From Felis catus (lineage: Eukaryota): a DNA stretch of 64,000 nt. The notes below the pieces were generated by a model that was not told the origin of the DNA, did no database searches, and worked only from the letters and a program-made list of their open reading frames with translations. The stretch lies in assembly GCF_018350175.1 (NCBI RefSeq), contig NC_058368.1, positions 208,880,001 to 208,944,000 on the forward strand, written 5' to 3'. Shown one piece after another: positions 38,490-51,749 of the stretch (position 1 is the stretch's first letter; every line of letters starts with the position of its first letter). The position numbers were made by a program, and so were the translations under genes.

Positions 38490-40489
38490 CTACGAGAAGT
38501 CACAATTGAAAAATTTTATTATAATAATAACCCTTCCATCCCAAAACATAGCTGAAGCATGACTAACTAAAAGATGACATGGAAGTCATAATGACAGCCT
38601 TCATCTAATAATAAAAGACAGTCTTACTGTAACCAATTAGCCAATTTTGTTTGAGACCAGACTCATTGTTCACCTCTGCTGGCAACTAACGCCACTCAGG
38701 AAATACTGTCAAACACTGTCACGGAGACACCAGTGAGGCTCCCCATCTCCCAAGCCACGGGTAGCAGTTAAACTTAATTTCTGTGGTTTTGAAAAGAAAC
38801 ACTTAATGGGACTGCTTATTTTTTCTTGTAGGGCCCAAATGTGAATAATGCCAACAGCTTGCCTGTCAGCCCTGAAGTTTCCTTAGATGCCTCATAAACA
38901 CTGGAATCACTTCACACGTTTCTGAAATGTGACCACCTCTCAGGAGGAGTTGACAACACTGAGTAACCGGAAGGGAGGAGCACTTAGCCCACTAAGTGGG
39001 ATAAAGGTTGCCTTGAATGCATGGAGGTGCCTGAATCTCTTGGCATGGTGACTTGATGGGGACTTTTCCCTACTTCTATATGGTGGACAAAACAAAAGAA
39101 TAAGAATCAAAGTAGTATTTGTCCCATTGCTATTGGTTGCTCACTCAATGTCAGAATTAAATTTCATAATATAAAACAGTATATAAATGTAAACGGGTAA
39201 CAGTGATATTCTGGGGGACAGCAAGAGGGTTATCGGGGGGAAAGTTAAGTAATGATCTTTTTCTTGACCAAAAAATGTACCAGAATTATTTCTTTGGATC
39301 CTTACATGCTGAGTAAAACTTCTTTTAAAATAAAAAAAAATTTTTCCACGGGAGTGGGGAAGAGAAGGTAATGGGTTAATAGAGGTTCAAAGGGAATTTA
39401 TAATATGAATGACAGAAATGTCTAAAATACCTAAAAAATTCTTCTAGTATCCCCCTACCCCTACCACCAGCTGGGGTCAGGACCATCTCCCTCACCAGTA
39501 AAACATGCCTGCCTTGAGTCAGGGGAGCTGAGAAACACAGTCACTAGTCACTCTGTTGGGCAACACGACACAACAGTATTTTTAGGAGGGGGAAAAATAG
39601 CTTTTCACTTCAAACGACTGGAGGAATTTAAGTAGGCCGCGTGTAATTACATGAGCTAGACTGGTTGTGACACCGACTTTAACACTTCTACTCTTGCAAA
39701 AAGTGTCATGGGATCTCCTTACTGATCGTAAGCTCCAAGGGACTTGGTCTTACAGGAGACCCACCACCAGAGAGAAAACCCAGCAGTACAGCGCCCCCTG
39801 GGCTTTAGATGGAGACCCCGGTAAAGTCCACAGAGCATCAGCTCATCACAATTGCTACTGCATCCAAGACGTCCTTCCTAGACACTAGTGGTGACAGATC
39901 TGAGGCTGTGGCTCTGGGAAAGACAAATCTGTCAGATTAACAAGGTTGTGTGACAAACCGGACAGAAGCTACTTATTCTGGTAAGATTTCTGGTGCCCAC
40001 GGTAGTTCATTTTGTATCTAAATGTCTCTGGATCTATCACATGGTCACGGAGTCTCAGAGGGAGCTGACGGAGACCCTTTGCCTAGTCTCCTCACTCTCC
40101 TGATAACGTTCAGTTGTTCAACATCATACTGCAAGTCAGTAGTAGAACTGGACAAATCCAGGTCTCCTGATTCCAAGGCCAGCACTCTTTCTTGTTTATT
40201 CTTAGAACAGATTGTTATTCTTTAAAAGGCTGCTATGGAGTAATGCATTAGGCTCAAATAGGCTTTTCCCTTTTGGGTTGAAAGTTACATGAAATTACCC
40301 TGTCTCTGTGATGAGTCACAGAAGCTAAAGCAGTTAGCTGTTACATGACTCGCAGTTCTGTCCACATGATACTTTGTAATATATGCCTGGACTGTGAAAA
40401 CTTTTTCTGTCTCTAAAGCCATGAGATCAACACCACATTACAGTAGAAGAGAGAGAGAAGACGATGGAGAGACCATGCTAACAACTTAC

Positions 40490-40569
40490 GGGTGATGATG
40501 TAGTCCTGGGTTAGAGTCTCGGCTTGTTTTGCCTTCCGCTGGGTTTTAACCACACATAATTTTGCTCCC
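40490..40569 (-). CDS. WDR70: WDR70 internal exon (probably exon 15), 80 nt
   Basis: AG+G makes R, then GAKLCVVKTQRKAKQAETLTQDYIIT(P). Acceptor cccacccag, donor gtaagt. Frame is consistent with both neighbours. Confidence 0.95.
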
Positions 40570-42217
40570 CTGGGGTGGGTAAGAGCACATTATTTTCTTT
40601 ACTTGGTCTTACAAACAGAAAGTCATGTCAAAAACATTAGATACTTTCAGGAACACACTCTGTGCACACCATCTCGCCATGTCCTTGACTTTCTAAGGGA
40701 TGGCAAAAGATGGGGCCTTGGTGATAAGGGATTAAATTTATGGGAAAGCAAGTCTGTCAGTCAGTGGTTACCACTGAGGGAAAGGGTTGGAGGGGTAATC
40801 AGGCAACAGAACACTAGTTTAAAAAATCTATAGAAATAACCCAAAGATGTAAGTTAAAGAGATACAAGTAAAATTAACCAGTCTTTTCACCCTGAAGGTC
40901 ACACGGTTCAAATATTAGTTTATGTCTCATATGAAAGCAACCTGGGTGGTCTACACCCCAAGTGGCATTCGTCCACATCTCTAATGTAAGAGTACGAGTG
41001 TCTGGAACTGAGTTGGCTTGGCAGTGTTGTCATGGGGCTACTGCCCAAGAATGTGTGGGGTTAACCAAAAGTTTGATTAGGACATTTCACTTCTTCTTTA
41101 GCAATAATGAGCTATCCCTCTCAGGAAGCAAATACAAATAAAAAAATTTCTTAAAAATTCCACACGTAGAAGCTTCCAAATGGGTGCTATCAAATGGGGC
41201 TCATCATTTTCTCAAATGAAACAGACTCTCTCTCTCTCATTCTAATTACATTAGCATTTTCAATTCCTTTATTAAAAAACAAACAAAATCCTGTTTGTTC
41301 TTAAACACAATAAAAACTTTATTTTACAGGGCAAGAGTTCCAATGCTAGTGCACAAAGTTCCAAGGGAAGACCGACTGTCTGCTTCTATTTCTACCCAAA
41401 CGAATTATAGCAATGCATATTCATTAACAGAGGATGAGTTTCCTTTCCTCAAAAAGGATGTGGGACCCAAAATAGGTTTATGGGGGACCCCAAAGAATTT
41501 AGCACATGAACTTTAATACTAGCTGACCAAGGCTCCCTCTAAAGAAAGAGCTAACCAAGCATCGTACCTTAACAGAGACAAACAAAACCATCCTTTTTGG
41601 GGGGGTGGTGACAAATGTCCACCTTTGTGCCCAAAGAAAATGAACACAGTTGAGGAACTGGTTGAGCCTCCAGTGAAGTTTTCAGACTTTTGAAACACAT
41701 TGGTATATTTAAGTCTAACATTTGGGGTGGGCATGGGATTGAAGAGGAAAGAATCTGTGCTGTCCCCTTCTGCTGGCAGAGAACAACCCCACACATCCAA
41801 ACTGCTACCTGATAAAAGCCCAAACAGAAAGGGAACAAAACAGACTAGCTGTTTCCATTTCCTGTGAGGGGTGAGTTCCCTGCTTTGTTAATCCCCTACA
41901 TGTATCACAGCTAATGCCATGTCCAGGGTGGTATGCAAAGTGGGCAGGACTTTTCCCCCCTTTGCACTCAACATTTCAGCTAAAGGGCTGCAAATCCCCA
42001 GGAAACTTTCACTTTGAATTCTGTATGGATCAAGGGCAATATCCAAATCCTCTTTAAAGTACAATACCAGGAGTTTGAGGCTTTACTCTGTGCCAGCTGC
42101 ATTTTCTAAAAGGGTGGATCCCCATCAAAGGGGGCAATAAGTAAAAGCAGGGTAGGAAAAGAAACCCTCCCCCCAGTTGTTGTCATCCATCTAAAACACG
42201 CAAGACTTATGAAATAC

Positions 42218-42318
42218 CTCTGACTCTTGTTGGGGTCATAATACACTTTAGCCAATCCATTTCCAGTTCCTACCATGATCTGGTTCAGCTTTGGATGCCA
42301 CAGGCAGCGGACAACACT
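42218..42318 (-). CDS. WDR70: WD repeat-containing protein 70, internal exon (5th from last; probably exon 14), 101 nt
   Basis: Translates SVVRCLWHPKLNQIMVGTGNGLAKVYYDPNKSQ(R), which I recognise as the last WD40 blade of WDR70. Acceptor ttttcag, donor gtattt. Phase 0 start, phase 2 end joins the next exon. Confidence 0.95.
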
Positions 42319-44149
42319 CTGAAAAGGAAAGGCATGGTAATCAACTAAAGAAGCCAAGTAAAAATGGGAAAAGTCCCGCTGGTGCTTTGATGGCTACAGT
42401 CAGTTTACTAAACTGAATATCATCCTGATGGCTACCCGTAATTTTTAGGACATTTTCCTCTAAACTATAAGGCTGTGTCCCTGAGGTTCAGTTCTATTCC
42501 ATCACTTATCTGTGTGATACCCTTTAAAGATGAACAAGTTGTTCCTTCCGACACCCCTCCTCTCATTCCTTGATAACCTTGTAACCACAAGGTTAGGCTT
42601 CCCCGGCTCCAGTGCCATGTGAAGCTGGCATCTCGGAATGCTGAACCCACATAACTCAGTTCTGCTTACCACTGAAGCAGATTTAGATCTCAGTGTTTCA
42701 TGTTTTTATACACACAATATGTCCCTCTGGACAGCAGATTGAAGCCAGGTGGTTATTGTTTTTAGTTCACAAAGATCCAAATCTCATAAAGCTTTTTCAG
42801 GAACAACACATATTTGCAGGCATGGAATAATATCTCCCTATCTATGAGATAAACCAGCAGGACAATAGCAGAAGTAAAACAGAGACACGGCATACAAAGA
42901 CTTGACATTAACCTGAATGAAAAGCTATTTAAGAGAAGGTCCACTGGAAGTTACGATCCTTTGAATTCATTACTGGTAAGGAAAATAAGTGGTGCCCTGG
43001 GGTCAAAAAGAATGAGTTCTCAGTGAGAACTACAACCTGTTTTTAATTTCTGTCTGTAGTAAGAGGGCCGAGGTGGGAGGTTTAGCAGGGGGGAAATGAT
43101 GAAGGGGGGTGGGGGAAGATGAAGCTAAAATTGGTAGGCAGAAACACCATGTACTAGGTTCTGTGGATCTCATTCTGATAGAACAAGTAATGAGTGGAAA
43201 CATCAATTCAAGATTTATTTAGAACCATCATGAGCCAAGCAACGCGCAAGGACTAAGAAAAAAGGGTACAATTAGATACTGCTATTTTAGGTTCTAATAG
43301 TAAAATGAAAACCATGGCATCCTTGTCTCCCAAATCTCTCTCGGGCTGAGTCTCTCTGGTTTCCTCTCTCTAACCATCCTGCTCCTTTGTTAAGACAGAG
43401 TATCTGTGAATCTCCTCAATCCCTTTTGGTAGAAATCCTGGCTCCCTACCTGCCTGGCAAAAAGTATGCATACAGTTATTCGGCTACAAATCCTTCTCTG
43501 AGATTCCTGAGGAACTTAAGAGGAAATGTAAGAGTCTGCAGGACTTCGAATTCATGTCTGATAATACTCTTTAAGAGCGGTTCTTAAGCTCTGCACCACT
43601 GAAGACAGCTGAGATGTTCTGCTGAGAAAATAAAATCAGAGTGGCTGTTTTTTCCTGGTTGGTAGGCAGTAAAATGAAGTTAAAAGGGCAGGTTTTTACA
43701 ATTTTAGGTTTTCTTTCCACAACTTTTCTTAAATCTATGGTGCCTGCTACCCAGTGTCTACCAGCAAGTGCTAAAAGATGATAAAACATACAATAGTGAG
43801 TATTAATAAAAAAAAAATCAGAAACAGTAAGCATCTTATATACAGAATGGCTTCTGGGGGAGGGTTGTCATTTTGTACACATGTCTGTGAAACCCACTTG
43901 ATAATGTATGACTGTAAAAGACACATTTTATCTAACAAAACTGTGCTTGGTTGGTAAGATGGAATTAAGTATATCAACAGTTCATGGTCTACAAAGCACA
44001 GCCTGACTTACAGGTGCTCTGCCACTGAGATTAATTTGAGAACCAGGCCTTGACCACTGCAAATTTCCAGGTCATGGCCAGGTGCACAGAAACATGAGAA
44101 AAGTCACAAACATAACTTCATAAACCCTACCAAGAATAAGTTCATCCAA

Positions 44150-44435
44150 GTCAATACTCACCCTCATGTCACTGCTTATATGTCATCATGCAAAGACTGC
44201 CCCTTTTAAAACTGTACCCCACAACTGTCCTTACTCTGCTTTTTCATGTTTCTAAAACATGTTCCACCTTTTAACATAATATATAATTTGTCGTTAATTT
44301 TGCTTATTATCTGCCTCCCCAGTGTGAACATAGTTTGCATACAGGCAGAGATCTTGGTGTGTTTCGGGTGGGAGTGTTTCCCAAATGCCCAGTTTAGTGT
44401 GTGGTGCTCAATAAATATTTGTTGAAGGAATGAAT
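44150..44435. mobile_element. L2 3' terminal fragment
   Basis: tctgcctccccagtgtgaa...ggtgctcaataaatatttgttgaaggaatgaat. Confidence 0.7.
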
Positions 44436-47400
44436 TAAAAGTTACAGTTCACCCAAGCCTAAATGGACTGCTTTGCTAAGTGGAGTTAGAGACGATTTTC
44501 AAGTTAAAATCATTACTGCCTATGGAGAACAATTTTATTTCTCTAGATCATTATTATACTCAAATATCCTACAAACAAAGTAGGGTTCGTTTCCTCCCAG
44601 TGTGGTCCTAAATAAAGGGATGTGCATGAACCAGAGAGCAAGAGAAGATAGTAAGAGGGACTTTCAAGGGCTCTCCGAAATCCCAGCCACCTACAGATGG
44701 CCCCAGGACAGTCTTAAGGACATAGTATTAAAGGTATTTCTCTTCCTTGGTTCTCTAGAAGTCTGGCTAAGCAGTCTAAGATTACTGGTTCTCAAATATG
44801 TTTTCAAGTGAGCAGGGTGCAGAATTGGAGAAGATCCACAGTGTAGGCCTGGTAAATTCCAAGACACCCAGCCAAATAGGCAGTTTCCAGGGGCAGCAGG
44901 TTACCGTTACTCTCTCCCTCTACGCTGAGGGTGTAAATGTTAGAGAGAGGCAACTGCCCAGGCCAACAGACCAATGTCTGATTGCTTTCTAGGGAGTCCA
45001 AAGTCAGGGCACTGCACCTCTATTCCTGTTCACGTCCTCTACCCTCTACAGCTCTTAGACACACACATGGCTGGTCAGCATAAACGCTCAGGGAGAAGCA
45101 CATTTACCCTCCTTTTCACATGGAAGCAGGGAGAATGCAAATAAGACCCGCTGAACTAAACAGTCATTCCAGAGCTCCATCCATTGTGGCGATGAGTCAC
45201 CAAAGCAGCCAATGAGGGCTCTGCGAGCAGTCTAACTTAGGCAAAGGATACTTAAGGCTCAATTACCCTAAGACTGGTTATTAATCAAATACTACAGGGA
45301 TTCCAAAACATGGAATGAAGAAACAGAATTCAAAGTCAAAGGTGGGTGGGCCTTTTCTGTTTATTAATATTTATTGTGTGTGTTTAGCTAACCTTTGTAA
45401 ACTTTGCAGCTAATGCGGCTCCACACTTTGTCCTGTCAAGGAAATGCATCTTAGAGCAGAGAGCTGGCCATCTGCCAAACCAAACAATCCCTGAGACAGC
45501 GGCAGGGCTGGGGAGCAAGCCGAGCTGCCACGCTGCTAACTTGTCAAACATACATACCGGGCTTTACTTAACAACAATGGGACACGTGCCTGCTAGAAAC
45601 CCAACGAACTATCAGAAGACAGATGAGCTATAGTTACTTAAAGAGAGTGCATTCAATCAAGCAACCATCCACCCAAGACTTCCTTCGTCCTCTGGCCTGG
45701 AGGAGGTGCTTCTGTGGCTGGGGGTTGACACAGTTAGACTGACAGATTTCCTGAGCAATGCAGCAAACATAGGGTACATAACATGTCTGAATGGCAGGAC
45801 CAGAGAAGAATATGGCACAAGAGCTACAAGGGTCCAAGGAAAAGCCTTCACACCGTATCATGAGATTCAAATGGCGGAAGACTACTATAGTGCAAAGAAC
45901 TAGATTCTGAAAATAGGCTGCATCTTTTAATATACTGATTTGCTTAATTAAATTAATAAAGCATTTTATTCTCACACGAATCTACTTCATCCTACCAAAA
46001 CAATGCAGGTCCACTAATGGCCTCCTCTAGCTACCTAAGCTGAACTCCATTTTAGCATAAAATTAGGTTCAGTCTTGTAGACCAAAGCCTACTTTCATTT
46101 CAGCATTATAATTTGGTAGTGCAGAGTAACCACAATCTGCCCCAAAGGTACTTAACTCTAGCAGCAGCCAGAAAGAGACGGTACTAGGGCTGGAGATCAT
46201 AAACAAGATGACAGGAAGGAGGTACGAGACTAATGTGCTTAATACAGAGATCTTTCTTCTCCGCAGGGACCAAAGGAAAAAGAGGGCGGTGGGCTGGGGA
46301 GAAAAAGAGCACTGTGTACAAATAGCAGTATCAATATTCCAAAACAGGAATTTCGGAATTACCCCTCAGCAAAAATAAAAAGGCCACAAAAAATTCCAAA
46401 TAATTTATTTCTGTGGTTTTTCTGGTTTACTTTAAGCAAAATCATGGAAGCAAATAAAGACAGGAGAAGGAAACCAATGAGAGAAATGAATTTATATTTA
46501 AGGACACGGTGGGAAGGGAACTACTAAGTATCTGGAACTTTATATTATTTAAAGTAATTGAATCCTTGCAACAATACTACAAAATTAGTAACGTCAGTCT
46601 CATTTCACAAGAACAAGAAACCGAGGCTTGTAGGAGGGTGTGTGACTTTCCTAAGGCCACATAACTTGTAGAGAGAGGAGCTGGGATCAGTGGGGAGGTT
46701 TTCTCAACTCCAGTGCTCATTTCCTGATTCTACTTAATTATGCAAAGTCCTATTTTAGAAGATGGGGAGGAAGGGCTGTGGGAGATTTGAAATCATTCCC
46801 AAACCCACCTCAGCCAGAAGTAGAAATCTTAGCAAGTTTATATTAAAAAGCAGATGGTATAACTAAAATCATAAAGGAAAAGGCCGACTACTACCCAGGT
46901 CATAAATGTTACTATAAAAGAAATCGATGCCTGTGTAATATCTGAGGCATCTGTAATACACATATCTAAACACACCCTTATTCTACTTTACATGCTAAAA
47001 GAAGCCTAACATCCTTCATAATTTTATATCTTAAACATGATTATGATGAAACACACTTCCTGATCCTTCCCAGCTGCTGACCCACACTGTAAACCAAACT
47101 CCATCTGGTTTTTTCATGTTTGGTTTTTGTCACATAGTACACGAATGGATAAGTTAACTAGCGATCCTTTGGGAGAACAAGCGTTTTTCGGAATTTTCAA
47201 ATAAGGAGGCTTACACCTGTCTATGAAGGAGACGGTCCAATTGTTTTGCAGACCTGTGCAGTGGCAGCCTTGTAGTCACGGACATCCTGGGGAATACCCA
47301 GTGCATTTGAGTGGCTGCTTGGGCGCTGATTCCCAAGGCTAAGATCACAGATCAAGATGAGTCCAAAATAAACAAAAAGCAGATGAAAATGGAAAACTAC

Positions 47401-48845
47401 TGGAGAAAGAACTTTCTTCAAATTTCACTCACCCAAGGTTTATTTCACAGAAAGAAAAACTGCTTTCTAAATTAAAATACTGAACCACAGAGGTAGAAGA
47501 GTAAGATGGGAATTCTTTATACTTTTCTAGGCTGTTTGTCCTGTCCTGCCAAAGCTCTGCTTTTCCCAAACTTGGATTATTCTGCAGTATGCATGGACCA
47601 TGGGGCTCGGCCTCATCCCTCTGAAGTTCAGGAAGCAAACCTGGCGAATAAGCCTCAGTCTCCAATAAATACAACTCTTCAACACCCACCTGATCTCCAT
47701 GGAGACATCCCTCAAATGAAAAAAATTAAAGACAGACATTTTCTCTGCTCTTCTAAGTCCACACTTATCCTTTTTTTCCTCTTCCAACTCCAAGGAAGCT
47801 CTACCATGAAGGCCAGACATGTACCAACTGTCACTCTCTGCTGGAAATCTTCTCAACATTCCCCCCTTCCCTGCCCCAAATAATTTTCTGATAACCCAGA
47901 TAGCATCTCAATGGTGAAAAGAAAAAAAAGGCCACACCATTTTTATAGACGTAGGGTTTGCTGCAGAAAAACCAAACAAGGAAAATGTTGCTCTATACTT
48001 GCCATAAATATCTGATAAAGATGTACAGATTATGCCTTTTAAAAACTAGCACCCAATTATCGAATTAATTCTCATCAAACCCATGAAAAATTCATTTATT
48101 AAAATCTTTTCATTTTCAGCCTATGCTCTAAAATTAAGTAACTGTTAAAGCAACAAAAATCCGAAAACCTGGTAGTTGTCCTTGGCACTAAATGAATCAC
48201 ATCTGTATCTGATAATAAAAATGCCTAAAGAATGTCATCACAAGAAAAAGTTCTCAGAGGAAACGGAAGGTCTCTTGGGTAAGAAAATTAAATACAATTT
48301 TCTTCGTCTAATTCAAAACACTAATGTTAGTTCGCTCCAATCCACTTATTTGAGAAGAATTTATAAAGGCAAAGAAAGCACAAATAATGACTGAAGAAAA
48401 CTGGTAATTACTCTTATTAACAACATTCTGGGAGCAGGAAATGGGAAGCTGGAAGCTGGAGTCCACAAGATAAGTGACACCTGTGGTGAAGCCCACCAGG
48501 CAAATATCCCAGCGGTACCACACCACAGTGATCCACATAGAAGCAGCACTTACTGGAGGCACAGTCCCACAATTCTGGCAGAGCTTCCCACTGGTGGGCA
48601 CAGGATAGTTCCAGGTGTGCTGAAACAGGGAGCTCCTCGGGACTGAAATGGGCCTAGGGCACTAGAGCCTTAGGCAAATCAGTTCCAGCAAAGAGGAGCC
48701 TTATCTGTTTATACCACACATTATCATTATGGGCACCAGGTTGAGAAAAAGCTTCCGAAGCACTACCTAATGCCATGTCTCTCACTCTGATCTACACAGA
48801 CCCAGGACTCTTTATCCTTCTTCATTTATGAAGAGTTAGAGATGG

Positions 48846-51076
48846 CCAAGACTGTACATGAAAAACCCACAGCTAACATCATATTCAGTGGTGAAAAACT
48901 GAGAGAAAAAAGAGAAAATGGTGAAAATTCAGTGGTGAAAAATTCAGTGGTGAAAAAAAAAGAGAAAATCTTTCTCCTAAGATCAGGAACAAGATAAAAA
49001 TGTCCACTCTCACCATTTTTATTGAACATAGTACTGGAAGTCCTAGCTATAGCAATCAGACAAGAAAAAGAAATAAAAGGCATCCACATTGGTAAGGAAA
49101 AATAAAACTTTTCTATTTGCAGATCACATGACATTATATATAAAAATCTCTAAAGACCACCAAAAAACTATTAGAACTAACAAATGAATTTGGCAAGGTC
49201 ACAGGAAACAAAATCAATATACAGAAATCCATCACATTCCTATACACTAATAATAAAGTGGCAGAAAGAGAAATTAAGAAAACAATCTCATTTAAATTGC
49301 ACCCAAAATAACAAATTACCTAGAAATAAGCTTAACCAAAGAGGGGAAAGACCTTTATTCTGAAATAAAAAACAGTGATGAAAGAAATTAAAGATGACAC
49401 AAACAAATGGTAAGATGTTCCATGCTCATGGAGTGGAAGAAAAAACATTGTTAAAATGTCCACATTACCTAAAGCAATCTATGGATTTAATGCAATCCCT
49501 ATCAAAACACCAACAGCATTCTTCACAGAACTAGAACAAAGAATTCTTAAAATGTGTATGGAATCACCAAAGACCCCGGATAGCCAAAGCAATCTTGAAA
49601 AAGAGGAACAAAACCGGAGGTATCACAATCCCAGATATCAAGATATACTACACCAAGCTGCACTAATCAAAACAGTATAGTACTGGCACAAAAATAGACA
49701 CATAAATCAAGAGACCAGAATAGAGAGCCCAGAAGTAAATCCATAATTATACGGTCAATTAATCTTCAACAAAGGAGTTGAGAATATGCAATGGGGGGAG
49801 AAAAAAACAGTTTCTTCAACAAATAGTGCTGGGAAAACTGGATAGCTACATGAAAAAGAAATGAAACTGGACCCCCTTCTCACACCATATACAGAAATAA
49901 ACTCAAAGTGGATTAAGGACCTAAATGTGAGACCTGAAACCATAAAAATCTTAGAAGAGAGCACACGGAGAAATTTCTCTGACACTGGTCATGGCAACAT
50001 TTTTCTAGATATGTTTCTTAAGGCAAGGGAAACAAAAGCAAAAACAAACTATTGGATCTACATCAAAACAAAAAGCTGCTGCACAGCAAACTATCAATAA
50101 AACTAAACAACAACCTACTGAATGGGAGAAGATATTTGCCTATGACATATCCGATAAAGAGTTAGTATCCAAAATACATAAAAAACTTATATAACTCAAC
50201 ACCCAAAAAACAATCTGATTAAAGAATGGGCAAAGGACTTGAACAGACATTTTTCCAAAGAAGACATGTAGATGGCCAAAAGACACATGAAAAGATGCTC
50301 GATATCACTCATCATCAGGGAAATGCAAATCAAAACCACAATGAGATATCACCTCATACCTGTCAGAATGACTAAAATCAAACACACAAGAGACAACAAA
50401 TGTTGGGGATGATGTGGAAAAAAATATACCCTTACTCACTGTTGGTGGAAATGCAAACTGGTACAGTTTTGAGGAACTTGAGGTTCCCCCAAAAATTAAA
50501 AATATAATTGCCGTATCATCCAGTAATTCCACTACCTAGGATTTACCCAAAGAAAATGACAACACTAATTCAAAAAGATATACGCACCCCTATGCTTATT
50601 GCAGCATTATTTACAATAGCCTAATTACGGAAGCAACCCAAGTGCCCATCAAAGGACGAATGAATAAAGAAGATGTGGTATATATATATACAATGAAATA
50701 TTACTCAGCCATAAAAAAGAATGAAGTCTTGCCATTTGCAACAACATAGAAGGATCTTCAGGGTATAATGCTAAGTGAAATAAGTCAGTTGGAGAAAGAC
50801 AAATACTATGACCCCACTCATAAGTGAAATTTAAGGAGCAAAACAAACCAGCAAAGATAAAAAGAGACAAACCAGAGTTAAGAGTCTCTTAACTATAGAG
50901 AACAGATGGTTACCAGAGGGGAGGTGGGTGGAGGATAGGTGAAAGAGATGATGGGGATTAAGAGTATACTTCTCCTGATGAGCACCGAGTAACATAAATA
51001 ATTAAGTCACCATATTGTACACCTGAAACTAATACAACACTGTGTGCTAACTACACTGGAATTAAAACTTTAAAAA
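48846..51076 (+). mobile_element. 5'-truncated carnivore LINE-1 (decayed ORF2 RT/C-terminal part plus 3' UTR)
   Basis: ORF2-like fragments ([46 protein letters not shown]). Candidate TSD tagagatgg at 48837-48845 and 51080-51088. Confidence 0.92.
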
Positions 51077-51749
51077 AGATAGAGATGGGCATAAAGATAA
51101 TAACCATACATCCTCTTCTTATATGAATAAACAAAGAACAAGTGGATAAAGCTGTTAAATCCCTAACTACAAGATAAGAAATATACATAATTAGAGCTTG
51201 GAAATCATCAAGTATGTAAACCCTCTCCTCCCTCCCCCCAAATAAAGGAAAAACTCAATGTTCAAAAATGAACTATACAGGATATGTAAAGCACTATTTA
51301 TCTTAATATAGTATGGGTAAAGATGTTTTACTAATCATACTCTTTTACTTAGTCCTTTGGGGGTCTCGCAACCCCTCCTCATTCATGACATAGCATTATC
51401 TATCACTCCAAAAAAGAAAAAAACAACACTATCCTGGGATATGTGTTAATTATAGACCCCTTTCTTCCTCACACTATATATAATTGTGGGAGTTTGGCCA
51501 GAGTTCCAACAGAACAGCTGGAAAACTTGTTACCAAAGATCGTTCATCAAATTCAGGTTGGGAGAGGAAAAACTGTCACAGAATGTCCTACAAGACATGA
51601 AGTCTTTCACTGGTCTGCTATCAGTGGTAAGTAATACAGTGTTGGGGTTAGACAACAGAGCACTAGTCGTTAGTGCATTATATGTTTCCAAATTGTATAA
51701 AGAATAGTGTGTCATTCTCAACACCTTTAAACATCTATAAAATCAAGTT

